Assembly: GCA_047495785.1 (NCBI GenBank) | Contig: JBLDXI010000013.1 | Span: 1,178,001-1,242,000, forward strand | DNA: 64,000 nucleotides | Reading direction: 5' to 3' | Origin: Lepidodermella squamata | Taxonomy: Eukaryota > Animalia > Gastrotricha | Part shown: positions 1 to 12,782 of the stretch, piece by piece | Layout: each line of letters begins with the position of its first letter | Numbering within the stretch: position 1 is the first letter of the stretch | Notes under the pieces: generated by a model | The model's input: the letters and a program-made list of their open reading frames with translations, nothing else | Told to the model about the DNA's origin: nothing | The model's database searches: none | Position numbers and translations under genes: made by a program

Positions 1-478
1 CGTCTCCACCGTGACTACTTTTTTGTCGTAAATTCGCCGCACGTACGAGCTGTTATTATCAGGCGCAATGAGCATACATGTGCGTACATAGATCTTACTG
101 TTGTTGCTTGTGACACATTGTTAGGGTGTTGTTTCTCGCTGCTTATCGCATGCGGCTAATGCTCTGCGCTCCTCGTATATGTTGTTACACATGCGACAAA
201 ATTATGTTGACAAGATTCATGCTATTACACCTTTGATGCTAGGTAATAGATAATAGATGATGTAGTGCTTCTAAGTTTAGCTCTTGGGCACGTTTGATGA
301 GGTTCAAACCCCTTGTGTTTGTTTGTTCGTCCGTTCACCTTCAAATTAATTTGTTTGCATTTTAGGGTAGCAGATATCATTACTTTTTTCTTTAGTTCTA
401 GCCTAAAGAACACCCCGTAAACACGAGCAAATTGATCAAAACAGCGGCTCATTAGTCGCTGAATTCGCACGATAAAAA

Positions 479-3400
479 ATGCTTCCGTTAATACTCGGTA
501 TGTCTTGAAAAATTCGAGATTTTTTTAATAATTAATATATATTTTTTCCAACCAGCATTGGCTGCGATATTAGCCGATGCAAGTTTAGGACAGCAACCAA
601 GCAGTAACAGTGTCGAGTTATTTTCCCTGCCATACTCGCCAACTCAACGCCGATTTACACTGGCGATCGAAGAAGAAAGCCGGCTGGGCGACGCTATTTT
701 TCGCGTTGTCCCATCCGCTGATAGTGGAATTTCATCATTCAGCCGCATCGATATCGCGCCGAATTGCTCAGGAGCGGGTTACTTTGTTGTAACAAATGCT
801 TCGGCCGGCGAAATTCGCCTCGCCCGTCTTCTTGATTACGAATTTGCCCAAACGCTGGACCTGGACGTTCGGGCCTGGCTCGCCCCGCCAGTTTCCGGCA
901 GTTTATCCGCCGCGGCTGTGGTTTCACCCATGGCCCACGCCCTAGTTTCAGTTCAAGTTGTTAATATCAACGATCATCAGCCGGTTTTCGACTCGCCGAA
1001 AGACCCGCTTACAGGCGAACTCTACGCTCAGGTTTCCGAGAATGCTCCACCGGGCACGCTAGTTGCCCAGCTGCACGCGGCGGATACGGACCAGGGCGAG
1101 GTCGGCGAGATGCGCTACGTCATTGTCGGCGTTGCACCAGGCACGCCGATCGGCTTTGCCAGTGCATTTGGCGTCGAGCCCATCGAAGGCTCAGTGCGAG
1201 TCATCAATTCAACACTGCTGGTAATTTATTTCGGCTCACGTAGATATTTAATTATCAACTTGCCAGATGTTGCTTTCTTAACTGCTTCTGGCACGGAATC
1301 ATTTTACTCAGCACTAAATTAATAGGAAAAAATTCAATAATATGTTTTATCACCTGCTCTACGTGGTCTTGAATAATTTGCTTAGTAAATTGAAAGAAAA
1401 AAACATGAAAATCTGAATTGAAATGAGAGCAATTTTGAAAAATTCAATATTTTATTACATTTAGCTGATTTTCATTTTTTAATGCGAATTGTTATTTCTC
1501 TCTTTCAGGACCGAGAATCTATTCGCGAGGTTGATTTGCTCGTTGCAGCTGTTGATAACCCGAACCATCCAAACAGGCAATACGCTGCTATCAATCGAGT
1601 AATTACGCCGTTTCTTTATTTTGATCATTTTTAGAAAAATTTATTTTTTCCTTAGTTGACCATCGCACTTTTAGACCAAAATGATAACGCGCCGAAATTT
1701 AACGCCAGTCTCTTTACGATTTCGTCAAATGTGTGCGAATGTGCGAAAACAGGCACAGTCGTCGCTCAAGTGGCTGCAGTTGATTTAGATGAATCATCGC
1801 AGAATCAGCTGTCATACAGGCTGGTGGACGCTAACGTAACCTACGCATCTTTCGTCCCACCTTCGCTGATTCACACTGATCCGAGAACGTTATTTGCTGT
1901 TGACCGAGCAACGGGAAAAATCACCGTAATTGCCGGCTCGTTAGCCAGCTTAATCGGCGGCTATTCCCTGCTTATCGAAGTCGCAGATCAGGGCGGTCTA
2001 ACTGCCAGGACCCTGCTGACCTTCAATGTAACCAGCGATAACAAAAACGCCCCGGAATTTACGGTGGCGGCTAATTTGTGGGCTGAAGGCGCTTCGCTAT
2101 CGGAAAATATGCCTACTGATACCCGGGTTTTTCAAGTAACAGCAAGTGACCGCGACAGCTTTGGCACGAATGGCCAAATCGAGTTTTACTTTTACGACAA
2201 GCAAACTGACTCGCTCGTATCGCAACTCGCCGGTTTTCGTATTAACAAAGCATCGGGTTTGGTCACCTCGGGAAAATCGTTTGACGCTGAATCAGACCCG
2301 GCTGTTATTGAATTACCAATTGTAGTGAGAGACCGCGGTACCCCGGCGTCACAAGCCAACGCCACTTTAACCGTTAAAATTCTCGACCAAGACGAATTTG
2401 CGCCTCGTTGGGCTGTTACGCCATCAGACGGCTGTAACATCCAGTTCAATTTTTTCACACCGGAACGATCGCCAATCGGCGGTAGGATTGGTCGCGTTTG
2501 GAGCCAGGATGACGACCGAACCAACCGATCTTATTTTAGGCTTGAGTCGAGAAATGACGCCAAGTATTTTTCAATCAACCCAACAACTGGCGTCATTTCC
2601 ATCGCAAACCCGGACGCTAATTCGGCAACTACAACGCCTGGAGAGCAGGTCACGGCAACCTTTTTGGACTACGAAGATAAGGAACGTCGCGATTTTGTGT
2701 TATTTGTCGCTGTTTCTCCGCCAGCTTCGATCGGCCCTGAAACAGCTGGTTCGACAACCACGGCATCGACTGGTTCCAACCAGCAGGGAGGAATGCCGGC
2801 TGGTTGTGTTAGGGGTAACATTGCTCGAGTTCACATTCATTTGACGAACATGGAAGACGCAAAGCCAGCGTTTAGCCGCGGCAATAAGCCTTACTACTAC
2901 TGCGTGGCTGGAAATGCCGTGAAAAATACCCTGGTGTCCTACCTACCGCCTCTGACTGCCACCGACCCGGATGGGTCTCGGCTGACCTACCGAATGTCGT
3001 CAACTGAATGGCGATCGGCGTCTGGTTTCGTTTCGGTATCATGCGCTTTCCGCCTGATTCAGTCGAATGCCCAGCCGGCTAATCAACCGGTCGAGGGGCA
3101 GATTATCGTGAATTCAGCCATAGGTAATTACACCCGGTCGTACTTCCGCCTGCCAATCGACGTTCGCGATCAGGCTGGCCAGGCCGCTGCGACAACAGCC
3201 TACGTCTGGGTAACACCGCCTGAGGATGACTCAACCTCGGAAGCGTCTGATGTCTCGCAATCCTCGTCATCCAGCTCTTCAGATTCCGTTATCATCCCAA
3301 CCCCGCCGACTGATAAAAGCACCTACTACGCAACGCTGACTGTTGCTCAGAAGTACGATGTTTTCGTCAATAATCTCGCGGCTTGGATTGACTGCGTATC

Positions 3401-5147
3401 GGAACGGTTGTTGGCTAGTGACCGATGGCTGGCTGGTGCGCCGATTTGCGTCGCCAGTGTCGCTGCCCATCCAAGCGAGCCGAGCAGTTTGACCGAGGTC
3501 AGAATTGCCGCTGCGTCGAAATCCGACATGCTGCTAACCCCGGCTGTTCTACTGGTCGCTGCCCTTCAGCAGAATATCAACGCAACTGGGGGTGGGCTAT
3601 GCGGGGTGATTGGTGCAACTTGCTACAACTGCGGTACTGGCATCAGTGGGCCGATTGTCTCGGGCATTGCCGTTGCAGAGGGTGGAGGATTCAACCCGCT
3701 GGCGTTGTTGATCGCCCTAGCAGTTATCTTGCTGCTGTTGATTTTACTGCTGTTAATTTTACTCGCGATTTGTTGCCGCGCCCGTCGGAAGGCGCCGATT
3801 TTAATCCCGGCCCCGCCGCCACCGCCGACAGTGCCAGTTTTCCCGGTTAAACCGGCTCGTCTTTACGAGACGCAGGAGGCCTACATGGCAGTTGATGCTG
3901 ATCTGGTTCGAGAGCGTGGCTTCGAAGAGCAGGAAGTTTGCCTCAACGAGGGCGTTGAAGAAGCGGAGGAGGAAGTGTTCGAAATCCCGTTGCCTCGTGA
4001 ATACGAGACGCAAACCGTGCTGCTAGATATGCCGACATGGGCGGCGCGAGAGTACGGCCACGACAATCCGACGTTGATTCTCGACCACGAGTCGCACCAG
4101 CAGCAGATTCCGTTGACGCAGCAACACGGCGCGCGGCATTTGTCCGGCTCGGTCTACTCGGAACCGTATTTCAGATCGGCTCACAGCGAGCAGCGCGCGT
4201 TTTCGATGCTGCACATCGACACGAGACCTCAGCCTGTACTGAGCCAGCCGATCGCGAGAGGGGCGCCGCCTCAGCCTCGCCGCGGCCAGATACCATCGAC
4301 CGCTGAGTTATCACCCACCCCGTCCAGTTCGCAGATCATCCGCCAGACTATCGTACAGACCCCGCAGCAGCAACAGCCAGCGCCGCCGCAGCCTCAAGGC
4401 AGGTTGTCTCGCGCTGGAAATGCCACCCCGAGTGTGACGAACCTGCCCGGGGCGATTTCGCACATTTCGCGCCGAATCGGTGACGCGCCCCCGCAGTCGC
4501 AGTCGCAGCACTATCACCACCACCCGCCACAAGCTCCGAAACGCTTGAGCCCTCGCCCCATGCCCGGCAGCGGGTTGTTGCGGCCGGCGATTAGTGCGGA
4601 TAGCATCACGTTGATGTCGCAGCAGCAACAGGCGAGAAGAGCTGCGCTGCAACAGCAACAGCCGGACGACCACCCTGAGATTAGAATGGGCCACCCTCAC
4701 CACCACCACCATCACGGCGCGAGGACAGACGAGTCGGAGCCGTCGGAAGCCGAGGATGTCATGAGGAGGCATCACATCGATGAGGAGGAGCTGCGGGCGG
4801 GCAACGGGCGGTTGCGACGAACGCGCTCGCTGCCCAAGTACCTGCAACCGCCGGCTGAGTTGCAATCGGTCATGGCCGAGTTGCACGACTATATCAAGTC
4901 GCCGGAACAGAAGGCGCGCCGGCGTCGCATCTCGCAGAAGTACCGCGCCAAGTTGCTCGCTTCCGGTGGAGGCGCGGCGCTGGGCAGCCAGCCGGATCAG
5001 ACGAGTCCGAGCAGCAGCAGCGGCTCGCTCGACCAGGACTCGCAGACGCAGCAATCGCAAAGCAGCAGCAGCCAGCAGCATCAACATCATCAAAATAACA
5101 ACAACAACAACGGTGGCAGCAGGGGTCGCGACTACATGATGCTGTAA
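479..5147 (+). CDS. Atypical cadherin (6 EC repeats, membrane-adjacent SEA/MAD-like domain, TM, long low-complexity tail); PCDH15/Cad99C/CDHR-like
   Basis: Exons ~479-497, 556-1220, 1509-1598, 1656-5147 join in frame with GT-AG introns. They give a signal peptide MLPLILALAAILADASLG, cadherin motifs LDYE, LDRE, NINDHQP, DQNDNAP, DQDEFAP, AxDxD, a hydrophobic TM (LALLIALAVILLLLILLLLILLAICC) and a Pro/Gln/His/Ser-rich tail. Confidence 0.92.
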
Positions 5148-6808
5148 AAATAATAATTTATTGAAAAAAATAATCATTTTTCTATCCACCCATTTTTCGG
5201 TTTTTTCTCCCCCCTGGAAAAATCTCTGCTGTTTTTTTCAGATCTCTCCAAGCAATAATAATTGATGATTTTTCTTATTTTCTATCCGTGTACGATTTCT
5301 TCCAGCATTTCACGTCATCTGCCGAATCTCGAATGCATTTTATTGGCAGTAAATGAACGCAAAGATACTGCTGCTTTTTATCATCGTCACCTTGAATTGT
5401 GCCACATGACCTCAAAAAATCAGCCCATTTTTATTTGCTGCGCGTTTTAAGGTGGATTTTTTTGTTTTGTGATCGTGTAAATGTAATACGAAAAATGTTA
5501 TTTATTTATTTCATCATTATTCAATTACCGCCTCTTCCTGTTGCTTCCGTTTTTTTTGTCTCAAAGCTCCAATGCATGACGACTTATCAGCCAAGAAAAT
5601 ACTGCTGCTTTTGCGAATTTATAACTCACGAAACTGAAGATGCTATCAATCACGATATTAGTCTCAAGTATTATTTAAGCAAAATTTGAACCAAAAAACC
5701 ACGCAACGCTGCGACAGATCAAACGAAATCGATTCAAATCGTTAAAAAATTCATAATGGTTGCTATTTTTTGTACGTACTCGTGTTTTGTTTATCTGGCT
5801 TTTGTTTTCAAATGAAAAGCCACATCGCTGGCTCTTCTCCTGCGTGACTTGACTGTTAATGCTAACCAAAACACAGAACTGAAGCTCTTTCCTGTCTCAA
5901 AATTACTGTTATTATATTACTGTTACACGAGCCTTTTATCGCTTAATATTTGCACGTTGCATTATTGTTATGATGCTATTGTTGTTTTGCGTTTTCAAAA
6001 AAGTGCGAAATGGTCGCAAAATTTGGTTTGCGTTTAATGCGCGTCGTCGGCACTGCTAAACGCTTTTGGTTGTTTTATTGTGCGCAAAACACTGAAGCGT
6101 ATCGCCACGCTTCTCGCATATTTATGCTAAACAAGCATTAATAACGGAGCAACATCTCATTGCTGAAAGGATGACTTCAAATTGTTTATAAAAATTTTAC
6201 AAGCTATGTTATATTATAATTTAATTTATTCATATATTACTAATTAATTATTATGATATAGTTTTAATTTCTTACGTGTATAAAAATGTCAGTGAAATTA
6301 TGTTACATTTATTTAGTAACTGTTTGCGTTATCTGTCCAAAATACTGTTGTTAGCAAAAAGGTGTAAACTATTTGCGGAAATGAGAATGAGAAAAAAAAC
6401 GAATGATTCGAATAAAAAACTGCTTCAAAAAATTGGCGGCGATTTTTTGGTAGATTTCGTCGAGGATTGCCTTAATAAAATTGGCAATGTTTACAAACGC
6501 AGTGCAGCTGAATATGCAATTGGCCGGCCTATTTCACGCTGGTGGTATGTAGGTAGGTATATGTTGTAGTCGTAAACACGTGCTTCTCGACCTGCATCAT
6601 AATGTTGTGCTCGCTCGCGTGCACTCATCAATAGTCTCGTTCGTCTATATACCAATACCTAGCTAGTTGTGTCGCTCCTGCTCGTAAAAAATAACGACTG
6701 CACAGAAATGAAGACTACATATTACTATGCTTTTTCTTGACTGTTTTTTACCGGTATTCTGTTTTAGAACGGCTCATCATCGCCGTTGTTATGTACTAAT
6801 ATAACATT

Positions 6809-7887
6809 ATGATGCCAAGTTATCGGCAGCTCGAGGATGACCCGCTAGCGGCATCGGTACCTAGTCTCGTGCAGAATCCGCCCGTTCCTCGGGCTACAAG
6901 GGTTTGCTTCACCGTATTCAATGCCATATACTTGGTTGGCGGGCTGGTTTCAATCGCCTGCGCCTGTCTTGCGCTTTTCTGGTACCAGCGCGACAACATG
7001 GCGATAGCCAACGATTGGATAGCCCACTACGGCGTGCTTCGCAGTGAAGCCGTGTATATCTCAGCCCAAATGCTCCTGGCTGCCGGTGTCCTAAGTCTTA
7101 TAGTCTCAATTTATGGCTTTATATCAGCAAAGTATAACAACGGGCCTGCTATAACGGTAAAATTAGAATTTCAAATTTAATTTATATGATTTTTTAAATT
7201 AATTTAAAAGTTCGCTTTACTTCTTGGAGCGACCATGTTTTTCCAATGGATGACAGCTTATGCTGCATTTGATGCCGATCATTCAGTAGGCTGTGAAATG
7301 ACTAAATTCTGCTATTATATAACCGATCTCTTTTTATTTCAGCAATCTCATTTATTAAAAAAAAGCATGCTCCACTTGCGTGACCTAACTGTGGGAAATG
7401 CAAGTGCTGACAGGCCGACGCGACTATTCACCGACATACAAACAAAGTGGCAATGCTGCGGCGTGGAAAATTCTTCCGAATGGCTGCTGCACGTGCCGTG
7501 GTTCCGCGATAAATACCTGAACATATCTAAGCTTAACCCCGGTCAGTCGGTTGTTCTCAGCGGCTGTTGCGCCGATGCCAAGTGTAAATCTTGCGGCGAC
7601 GAGTGCAGACTAGCCGAACCTAACGATATTTATCCAGATGTAAAAAATTCCCGAACCTGCCTAAAATTGCCATATTACAATTGTCTTGCAGGGTTGTGCT
7701 GATAAGCTGAGTACCAACTTGCACGTATTTTTTATGGTCATTTGTGGCGTTGCTGCTTGTTTCGGTTTCCTTCAGGTGAGCAAAATTGGGAAAATTTGAA
7801 AAAAATTACAAAATTTATTTTCAGTTATGCGCGTTACTAGTTGCTGTCAACTTGGCGACTTCATTCGTTGACAGGTCGCGCCACTGA
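6809..7887 (+). CDS. Tetraspanin-family protein (multi-exon)
   Basis: TM1 CFTVFNAIYLVGGLV, further hydrophobic segments, large-loop WQCCG motif, GCC..C..C..C..GC pattern. Last exon ends VDRSRH-TGA at 7887. Confidence 0.88.
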
Positions 7888-8259
7888 TTTCGGCTCTTTC
7901 CACCTTAATCTGAGCTTTCTGTGTTGAAAAAAATGACTTGAAATGTAATGTTATCTCAGTAGTTTGTTGCTGCGTTTTTTAAGGAATAAATATTGAGAGG
8001 AAAGTTTGTCAAAATTTCGGCTCATTTATCCACCGTTAAAAAACTATACATGAGCCATTTGGCTGTTTACGCGACTGCTATATACTTGAGTGTATAACGT
8101 CTCGAGCCGGCTACAAAGCCAAGTGTTAGCGCAGTAGTTGTTGTCATCGAACAATGGCTGGCTGTGCTGGATAATTGAACAAATACCTAACATTGTTTCC
8201 TGAAATAATGTGGCACGTTTGAGATTTTACACGTAGTTCTCTGTCAAGTGGCATTCAAG

Positions 8260-9500
8260 ATGGAATCAGCGTGTAATTTTATACACACGCCGCAAGGCCG
8301 CCGATTGATCGGATATTCATTCCTGGCATGCAATTTTTTTGTCATGGTAAATTCCGTTTCCAATACTGATCAGGCGCAGGTCATGCGAATTTCAACATGT
8401 TTAAGCTAGGCGGCCTGATATGCTTTCTTAGCGGAGCTGGAACCTTGATCGCTTATCACACACAAGCCATGGGCTACATACATCAAGCCATTGGGACCTA
8501 TGGAATACTCAATAGCGAATCGCTTACTTCATCATCGACAGTTTTAGCCGTGATTGGGGCGATGATTTTGGTAACCTCGATAGTTGGCTGCTTCTTACTG
8601 TTCAAATTCAAGCAAACAGCCCTAATCATTGTGAGTAAATCGCTTTTGAAGCCTTGAATAGTCTGTATAGTCGTCGCGTTGTATTCAGTACATTGTTCTT
8701 CTATCGGCGATTCTAATAATTCACTTCTCATACGCTCGATCGGTGATGGCTGAAAATCAGCAGGTAGGTATTCATTTCTCAACTTTTTATGAAGATGAAA
8801 CAAGTATTAATTCGCAGGTAGTTGATGAGGTTGGGAAAACATTGCTACAGCTACAAAAATCTATGACAACGCCAATGATAACGAACGCGGGACCTGTGCT
8901 AGATCCAGCCAGTTGGCTATTCAAATTACTTCAATCAACGGTATTCCCTCTTAATGTTGATTTTCATTATTTTCAAAATATTTTTCAGTGGCAATGCTGT
9001 GGCGTTGACGGGCCAGATGACTGGCTGAAAAATGTGGATTATTTTAGAGAAAAATACAGCGTCGTCGCCAAATCTTCAGCTCCTCTAATTCCTGTCTTGG
9101 TTGGTTGCTGTAGTGGGCAATGTAAGTCGTGCAGCGATACGGAGGTGACTGCCGATTGCATTGCAGCACCACGATCCGACATCCACAAACAGGTATCAAT
9201 GAATTAGAATAATTATCTTGAATTTTTACAGTTTTTGTTTAGGGCTGCGATGAAGTTATCGCTTCTTACTTGCAAGGAATCTTGGATGCAATATCTGGGA
9301 TAGCAAAGACGTTTGCGGTTGTTGAGGTGACATTTTTCGACAAATCAAACTTATCTATAGCTTTATTTCCGCAGATTCTAACTCTCTTCATTTCGGTTCT
9401 AAGTCTCCTGTCTTTCTCCGATGACGATGGCGGTCCTGCAGGGAACAACAAAAACAACTTCAAGTATCGACCTTTGCCGAACACATACAACAAGCCGTGA
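8260..9500 (+). CDS. Tetraspanin-family protein (multi-exon), paralog of 6809 gene
   Basis: ATG at 8260 (MESACNF...FLACNFFVM), four hydrophobic segments, WQCCGVDGPDDW, GCCSGQCKSC...GC. Same Cys spacing as its neighbour. Confidence 0.86.
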
Positions 9501-9911
9501 TTACAAAACGAAACCGTATTTCCAAGAAATAAAGTGTAGAATCTTCGACAATAATGGTATCCATGACACATCGAACAAGTTCGAATCGCGTCGTTTTTTA
9601 ACGCTTGAATAATTCAATAGACGGCGGAATCTTTTGTTATCGAAGCGCATAGGTTCCTAGAAAATTAATTAGACACCGCTTCGATGCGCAGTGAAGCGTA
9701 TTGATTTCTGTACAGGCTTCTTGAGGGAGGTTCCTTGTATAGCGATATTCGATTTTCGAGCGCTGCGACTCGCCACCAAACTTAAACAATAGAAGTGATC
9801 ATTATTATTTAAATAGCCAGCCCCTAACGGAACGGCGAGATTGAATAGATAAAAACCGAGATGAACGGTGAGATTGGAACCATTCACGAGTGAAGTATTA
9901 CTCTCGTAAGT

Positions 9912-12649
9912 ATGCTTCAAGCAATATCAGGCTGCATCTTCGCAGTCTTAGTGGCACTTGCTGCTGCTGAAACAGAATGGACGTCTCCGGACGAATTTGC
10001 TGACATGATTCCAGCAAGTATAACGCCATTCCAAACCGCACAATTAAACTCGAGCAGGGAATGCTTGTTTCTTTGCGAATTCAAATCAGCGCAATGCAGT
10101 AGCTTTGCCTATAGCCAACGCCTGCAGCAATGCAGGTTGTACCAACACGACCTGAATTCACCCGTTCCAATTCTGAAATCGGATTCCGATGGGTTCCGCA
10201 TCACCTTCAAAGTCTGAATCCTACATCTTTGATTAAACCGAAGTGTTGTATTACCTATTTTTCTTGCAGGCATCATTCTGTCCGAAGAATTGGGCTTGGG
10301 ATACGGCTAATAGGAGATGCTACTACTTGGACACCACTGCTAGACAAAGGCCAAAATCGTGGGAAATTTGTGAAGGTCGACTTGACTCGGAGTTGGTCAC
10401 GTTTCAGAATAGGGAGCAGCGATCTGGGCTCTACCAGGTGCACTAAATTCAGCTATCACCGCTAACTAATAATTTGATATATGATATATGATATTTGCAG
10501 ATTTTGCTAGCGAAGCAACCTTCTGTGTCTAAATGGTGGACAGGTTACGCAATGTTCGATGGATCACTATGGCCAAGAGCTGTTGAAGGTTCCTTAATGT
10601 CCTTACGTGTAATTCTCAGTTGTTTAAACGTATGTTTATAGACTTCCCCAACTACGTCAAACGTCGCGGTGATTGCGGTGGTTTCGATATTTGGTGCGAC
10701 TATGTAAGTGTTCAGGAGTGTTACGCCAGTTGCGAGAAGAAGTACAAAGACCGATGCGTCGCGTTTAATTACAACATGAGGACTGGTTACTGTTGCAACA
10801 AATATCGTTCGTGTGAACTATCTGGTATTGGAAACCCGGTCAATGATTACTGGTTCTACTTCGACAAGGTGTTTGAAACGCGCCCTCCTGCTAAACACAT
10901 CGATGCTTATTGTCCTGACGCGCTTTTCCTGTATGGCTTCCAGGCATCTTCGCCTCGTGATTGCTTGCTACGCTGTCGCCAGACTCCGCATTGCGTTACC
11001 TACGCAGTGAGACGAGCCGATAACTATTGCCATCTCTACAACAAAACGTGCCTCAGCAGAAGCGGCATGAGCGGCTGGGACTGGTTTGACATGCACGAAG
11101 TCGCGAAAGGCAAATGTCCCTTTGGCGTGCGATTTCGCGATCACTGCATGTACTTCCACAAGACGCGTACCAATTTCTGGCAGTCCGAAGATAACTGCCG
11201 CCGTTTAGGAGGCAAAATAACTCGGCCAACGTCTTGGTCACGCAAGAATCAGTTGGTTTGGTCGCAACTCGATCGCCACGGTCTCGCTAACGTTTGGTAC
11301 GATTGGACACGGGCCGACAAGCCGGGTTGGCGAACCAGATTTGACGACGTTGATGTGATGAGTAATGGCGTATATGATGCCTGGGCCTACAACAGCGGGT
11401 AGGATTTACAAAACATGTAAAGAAGACGCTAGAGCATATGCTTTTATATAGGGAGCCGAACAACTGCTGCGGTGATCCTCGCTGCGGCGGTGCCTATGGA
11501 ATGTACAGCGACCCGACTGGTAATTACATCCGTGGAGACGACTATGATTGCGGCAACACAGGTCCTGCTGCTATGTGCGAGACGCGTAAGCTTCAGGCTG
11601 ACAGCAATAATTTAAACTCATATTTTGCTCGTATTACAGCTATTTCCCAATCTTGGCCGCAAACCTGCAAATTTACGCCGAACGGGCGCGAATACTTTGG
11701 GGGTCAGTTTTTGACGGCAACCAATGTATCGTGCCGTAACTGGGTAAACGTGCCAGCCTACAAGGACAATTGGCGTATCTTTCCCGAATGGTCCACCAGC
11801 AATGCATTTTGCCGCAATCCCGATCCAAATCTATTCCCGAACAATCCATGGTGCGTTCGTGACACTGATGGAGCCAATGAAGCGTGTGCGGATATCCCGC
11901 TGTGTCGTAAGTTCCGGAAAATTGACCCCGAAATTGTCAAAATTAACCGTCGTTCTTTCAGCCGAAAGTGACTGGGCAGCCGGCCAGACTTATACCGACG
12001 CAAACAAGCCGTTTGCTGCGATAACATATGGTAGTTCGTTGACGGAAAAGTACGATTGGACAACGGAAACAGCTCCATCGACAGCAGCAACTATTTGCAG
12101 TCTCGACATGAAAAATTGTTCGCATCTCCGAGTATTCTCTGATCATAATTTCATAATTTCTAAGTATAGGGTGTCCCTATTACTTCCGAGGAAGCTGCTA
12201 TACCATCTATCGAATTCCTGCGAATCACCAGGAAGCTCAATCAACATGCCAGGACAATGGCTGGAATCTTGTTTCGATCACTTCGTTAGACGAGATGCAT
12301 TTCATTACAGGTTTTACAAACGCTCTGGGATGTACGTTTTATAGACTTGTTTTGGCAATGGATATAATATATTTTCTTTCCAGACACTTGGATGAATTAT
12401 AAAATCGGCTATCACATTGGATTACAGCGAAATACTACGACGAATAAATACTATTGGGAAACGGGAGAGAATGCTGACATCGACTATTTATGGCACAAAT
12501 CGAGTACTAGTCCTGGTACAAATCAGCCGAATGGAGGTTCAGAAACGTGCACATTCATCTGGACTGACATGTCCGGTATGTGGGCTGACTATTTCTGCTG
12601 GTTTAAAACCTGGTTCATTTGCGAGCTTCGCCTCGGCAAAGAGCAATAA
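9912..12649 (+). CDS. Secreted mosaic protein: PAN/apple + C-type lectin + kringle domains
   Basis: Signal peptide; PAN-type CxxxC...CxxFxY...C motifs (3 copies); CTLD motifs with EPN and QPN; kringle FCRNPD...PWC; final CTLD ending WADYFC..FICE. Exons join in frame across ~50-60 bp introns. Confidence 0.88.
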
Positions 12650-12782
12650 GTTCGCAAATCCTCAACCCTGACATCAAAAACTTTATTTTTGATTTGAATC
12701 CCTTTGAAGTGATTTTTTATTTTAATTTCAATTGGACGATGGACATCGCAAAATAAAATCCGAATCGAAAATATTCATGCGT

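Noticed and set aside
4311-5189. 292-aa minus-strand ORF
   Set aside because: Antisense shadow of the GC-rich, low-complexity cadherin tail; no motifs.
5144-5356. Alternative last exon of the cadherin (donor ~5144, acceptor ~5241)
   Set aside because: Weak donor, and the extension looks like UTR sequence; needs cDNA.
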